Shown here piece after piece: positions 61,601-64,000 of a stretch of DNA of 64,000 bases. Under the pieces are notes generated by a model that saw only the letters and a program-made list of their open reading frames with translations, was not told the DNA's origin and ran no database searches. The position numbers were made by a program, and so were the translations under genes. This stretch comes from Nitrosomonadaceae bacterium (lineage in GTDB: Bacteria; Pseudomonadota; Gammaproteobacteria; Burkholderiales; Nitrosomonadaceae): positions 33-64,032 of the forward strand of contig JAZGCR010000202.1 in NCBI GenBank assembly GCA_036477105.1, given 5' to 3'. The first letter of the stretch is position 1, and every line of letters starts with the position of its first letter.

Positions 61601-62020
61601 TCCCGCACAGTGACCATATCTACTGCTGATATCAATGAAGGGCAACCATTTCATATTAAGGATGAAGGGGGGCTCGCCGGCACTAACGCTATAACAGTCA
61701 CTACAGAAATAGTTGCTGTCACTGTTGTAGCAGATGCATCCCCTGGCACTAATTTCACGGTACCTGCTGAACATGGATACATTGTCGGCCAGGCAATACA
61801 ACACACAGATTTTTCAGTCGGTGCCTATGATGGTTTATTTACAGTAACCGCAATAGTAAGCAATACGGTATATGAAGTTAGTACTCTCACATTTTCAGCA
61901 ACCAGTACCGGTAATTCTAGAACGTCAATCGATGATCAGATTTCAGTAGCCATTACAGCTAATTACGGTTCTTTATCCGTTTACTGTTCAGAAACTCAAG
62001 TCTTCACAATAGGGGTGTAA
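58607..62020 (+). CDS. giant (1137 aa) fibre/appendage protein with beta-helix (pectate-lyase-like) segment and three tandem repeats
   Basis: ..YNTIQSAIDAVEASSSSDSVIVVTPGLYMESLTISATVSI.. resembles the entry of right-handed beta-helix depolymerases. Three roughly 110-aa repeats end in ..KGLVYAADYQGNFTDQSLVSKKYVDDN.., ..KGLVYDSGTYRVNFTDLSLVDKKYVDDN.. and ..KGLVNAADYSANFVDRSLIDKEYAD... Confidence 0.6.
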   Translation: MAFRKGGKGTGANRGDTRSSIPINQTGHGFTVPQVVYLDDSDSLYKLAKADVLATANAIGVVSGVQNVNNFTLTTAGANNIFSGLTEGVTSYVSDTVAGALTETEPTISRPMLNAISDTRAIIFVDGIKIKGAGGSDTEVLFNNNGVPDGDPSFTFDEPTKLVTCRDMVVTNDLTVRGTTTSVNSEVVNIGDNHISLNAGNTLLSDESGGIIVNTGIIGTAFEVSDSFVPGVASTSNPSVTLEVAASFATNDIVEVSGTLHNDGVYEVLSFTSNVLTVRGVGNTATVEQFTNNQFQTEAAGGEIVKINASVILVNDNSSRLWGEATGSTTSTSDPFVFDYFNEGNLPYVVGLENGAIPYKYNTIQSAIDAVEASSSSDSVIVVTPGLYMESLTISATVSITSITDQNDITFILGNVSIATSGDIILVVIDGIKGTGAVTTSGSSEIRLELNSFNFRLSSASATLSLGNTNSLSTLRAFDSQLENTLTGPALARTAGSTSVFLDNCQITGDVDFSGTNGSFFDTVNIIIEGEVDLSNSTITSRFDSPSIITTSSAPCLDLTSSGKCIMIGGLLDVQSGGNVVTPATGADFEFANVATTSGTLLTTAMGTRLRTDGVALKSDGSGGANYLDDSGDYSAPATIYTDNGVINTNRTVEISDDKSLDFTAFDNATHSVSDAEAKLKLISGVATFALLDLDGAGGTDSIASFVLTPAGMLITDTTNAKGLVYAADYQGNFTDQSLVSKKYVDDNPVNIFTSNGSSATERLFELLSGVSFTITANNTAIAEDTIRRAILFMVSTEFAFGHDLLDGNGTITSSQRLTFNNAEMTVLDTNNSKGLVYDSGTYRVNFTDLSLVDKKYVDDNQINIFTSDGSMSVDRTVTVLDSSFLKFQSFNASDIATATGASVVDIEGSMLRLVYQDFSSGTPGANHGFLLTSAQMLVIDGSNKGLVNAADYSANFVDRSLIDKEYADKGQLSRSTSGAADLTSSGMPILAVTDSSASRTVTISTADINEGQPFHIKDEGGLAGTNAITVTTEIVAVTVVADASPGTNFTVPAEHGYIVGQAIQHTDFSVGAYDGLFTVTAIVSNTVYEVSTLTFSATSTGNSRTSIDDQISVAITANYGSLSVYCSETQVFTIGV

Positions 62021-63744
62021 TGGTGGGACTAAATACAAACACATCAGATAGGATACCAGCTCGGCAAGCAGTCGATACATCATCTGTCTTTCAAATTACT
62101 GATTTTGAAAATGTAGCATTTCCTACCATCACGTTGGAAGAGAAGGTTTACTCATTGCACAATGTCATTAGTGCAGGCGCTACAGCTTATCAATTCATAT
62201 TTCCTCAGGGAGCAACCACCTCGATAGTCGCATCAAATCGTTTTAAAAATTTATTGGTATCCCTGATAGCAATCGATGCTTTTTTTGAAACGGCAGCAAA
62301 TTCCGCAAATTTATCACTCAATTTTGATAACCTTGCCGCTATTTACCTTGGGACGCCTAGTGGAAGCGTTCTTTTTGATCTTAACTTTCTGGCACCTGCC
62401 GCGGCTGCACAATTACAAGGTTTTTCTACACTGGAGTCCCAGCGGGGTATCTTCAGGGGATTTGAATCATTAGGTTCTCTCACCAATGCTCAAATCATTT
62501 CAATCAAAGATGGTTTTTTTGAGAATTACGTTAATGGGATCACATTGGATGCAGTAGCTGACACAGCTATCGTAGCATGTGAATTTGTTTCCGCTGGATC
62601 AGGGTCTGGTCCGACAATAGAATTGAAGGGCACAATTTCTGCTTTCACACTGATGGATTGTGGTTTTACACTCGGTTCTAGCGAGTCTGTTATTCGTATT
62701 GATCCAGGTATTCCTGATGATGCAAAAGTAACAGTGGCGGGTATGTTTATTAGGGGCATTGGTTCACCTTCTCTTTTCGACACAGCTGGGATAGATGGGA
62801 CTTTTGCAAGTGTTAGTGATGCGACAATTAGTGCAACGGCTATCACGAGTGTGGTATCAGGTACTTTGGTTAATGGGGCGAATGCCGCTAGATTTAATGC
62901 AAATGCTACGGCTTTGTCCGTAGGCCAAATAGTTACAACCACAGCATTTGCGTCCGAAGTCATTTATAACGTAACTGCAAAAATAACTGTTGTCACTGGG
63001 ACATTTTTTGAATTAGAGAATGTTGTTTTTACAGCGAGTGATACGGGAAGTTTTAGCGCAGATGTCGTTACAATAAATTCTACATCTCATGGTCTTAACG
63101 ACGGTGATACGCTGTTGGTGGATACCACTCTTGGAACGGACTACGACGGGGGTGCAACTGTTTTTGCATCTGTTGCAAATAGCTTTGAAATTAGTAGAGC
63201 TTTTACAGTTACTAAAGCAGGAACGTGGACTACCCGTGGATTAGACCAGCGAGATTCTCGGGTGATAGCAATAAACAATCCAGGATTTTTACGCTCCAAA
63301 TATCTCGGAGGTGCATTTGTCAATGGGGCTGGCACCCTCACAACAATAGCTACAATAGATACTTATACAGACATAGAATTTACGGGACTTGCGGAGATAT
63401 CGTTTAGCGAAAGATTTAAACTAATCGATTTAGATAATGCAATATTTGAATATACAGGCAATGAACCTTTTGAAGGCTCATTATCATTTGTTTTATCTGG
63501 GCTCAGTAGCGGATCAGGAAGCGTCTTTGCATTTAAATTTTTCCTGTCTACAGATGGAGGTTCCAGTTTCGGGCAATTTGTGGATGAAATCGAAGCTGTA
63601 GTAGAACTGAAAACATCAGTAACAGGAACGTCTCTCATTATTCCTGTTGTTCTTGATAAGGGAGACCAGTTCAAACTTCGTGTTCAGAACACTGGGGGAA
63701 CAGAAAATATTACTGTAGAAAATATTAGTTTATATTTTGAATAA
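62020..63744 (+). CDS. large (574 aa) structural protein with beta-helix-like and small beta modules
   Basis: Its start overlaps the upstream stop (TAATG). It contains modules such as VVTINSTSHGLNDGDTLLVDTTLGTDYDGGATVFASVANSFEISRAF, like those in other virion proteins here. Confidence 0.55.
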   Translation: MVGLNTNTSDRIPARQAVDTSSVFQITDFENVAFPTITLEEKVYSLHNVISAGATAYQFIFPQGATTSIVASNRFKNLLVSLIAIDAFFETAANSANLSLNFDNLAAIYLGTPSGSVLFDLNFLAPAAAAQLQGFSTLESQRGIFRGFESLGSLTNAQIISIKDGFFENYVNGITLDAVADTAIVACEFVSAGSGSGPTIELKGTISAFTLMDCGFTLGSSESVIRIDPGIPDDAKVTVAGMFIRGIGSPSLFDTAGIDGTFASVSDATISATAITSVVSGTLVNGANAARFNANATALSVGQIVTTTAFASEVIYNVTAKITVVTGTFFELENVVFTASDTGSFSADVVTINSTSHGLNDGDTLLVDTTLGTDYDGGATVFASVANSFEISRAFTVTKAGTWTTRGLDQRDSRVIAINNPGFLRSKYLGGAFVNGAGTLTTIATIDTYTDIEFTGLAEISFSERFKLIDLDNAIFEYTGNEPFEGSLSFVLSGLSSGSGSVFAFKFFLSTDGGSSFGQFVDEIEAVVELKTSVTGTSLIIPVVLDKGDQFKLRVQNTGGTENITVENISLYFE

Positions 63745-63799
63745 ATTGGAGTTTAAATAGTGATTTATATTAAATTTGGTAGAGGCTACCAGTAACATC

Positions 63800-64000
63800 A
63801 TGCCTACATGCGTCAAAATTCGTCGTAAGAAACGCCAACCCTGCATTGGCGATATGGATGAATTGATCACATTGCAGGGTCGCACACTTGCGCCACCCAC
63901 CTCCGGTGTTGATGCGACTGAGGAGTTTGCTGACACCAATCCCGATGTGTGGGCCCTAGTTGAGACTGTCAGCGGTGAAACATTGTTTGACAACACGGGA
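63800..64000 (+). CDS. head-tail joining / head-closure protein, 5' portion (continues at 1..233)
   Basis: ATG 63800 (MPTCVKIRRKKRQPCIGDMDELITLQGR..), open to the window end and in phase with 1..233 after removing the 44-nt duplicate. Confidence 0.7.
   Translation, partial: MPTCVKIRRKKRQPCIGDMDELITLQGRTLAPPTSGVDATEEFADTNPDVWALVETVSGETLFDNTG
63957..64000 (+). repeat. exact 44-nt duplicate of positions 1..44 (circular closure / wrap-around)
   Basis: tagttgagactgtcagcggtgaaacattgtttgacaacacggga is present at both window ends. Confidence 0.95.

Noticed and set aside
1-64000. CRISPR arrays, rRNA genes, a diversity-generating retroelement or a retron
   Set aside because: No regularly spaced direct repeats with unique spacers and no rRNA-like stretches were seen. 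No reverse-transcriptase ORF is present either, so a DGR or retron explanation for the repeated fibre or lectin modules is unsupported.

Overview
The window appears to be one complete, circularly closed temperate phage genome, or an excised or plasmid-like prophage, of about 63,956 bp. The first 44 nt (1..44) are repeated exactly at 63957..64000, and a head-closure gene reads in phase across that junction.

Layout:
- **Late operon (about 34 kb, + strand, 46.4 kb through the junction to 16.6 kb):** membrane and holin genes, a ParB-MTase, TerS/TerL, an HK97-type portal, gp7-like protein, protease and capsid. A head-tail connector block follows, interrupted by a 5.9 kb insertion encoding two giant proteins. 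Next comes a Mu-like contractile tail and baseplate: sheath, tube, frameshifted chaperone, tape measure, and gp43-48 analogues. A tail fibre and an M15 endolysin end the operon.
- **Cargo island (16.6-30.0 kb, visibly more AT-rich):** two paralogous DUF4214/RTX proteins, a LuxR-solo/lipoprotein/TonB-dependent receptor/TetR cluster, an IS3 orfA remnant, and a cassette-like run of small exported proteins punctuated by a conserved roughly 30-nt motif.
- **Minus-strand early region (30.2-40.3 kb):** a J-domain protein, a C5 cytosine methyltransferase locus with a second full-length out-of-phase ORF, attP (tRNA 3'-end-like core with flanking GGGCGGTTTT arm repeats), integrase, an Xis-like protein, CsrA, SSB, a YqaJ exonuclease and an ERF annealase.
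- **Lambda-like immunity region (40.3-42.7 kb):** PL/OL and PR/OR share the operator GTAAAA-N4-TTTTAC. The repressor gene is followed by four co-oriented small genes and a terminator.
- **Replication and nin-like genes (42.9-45.0 kb).**

No rRNA, intact tRNA or CRISPR array was seen. All functional calls rest on motif and architecture recognition by eye; no searches were run.
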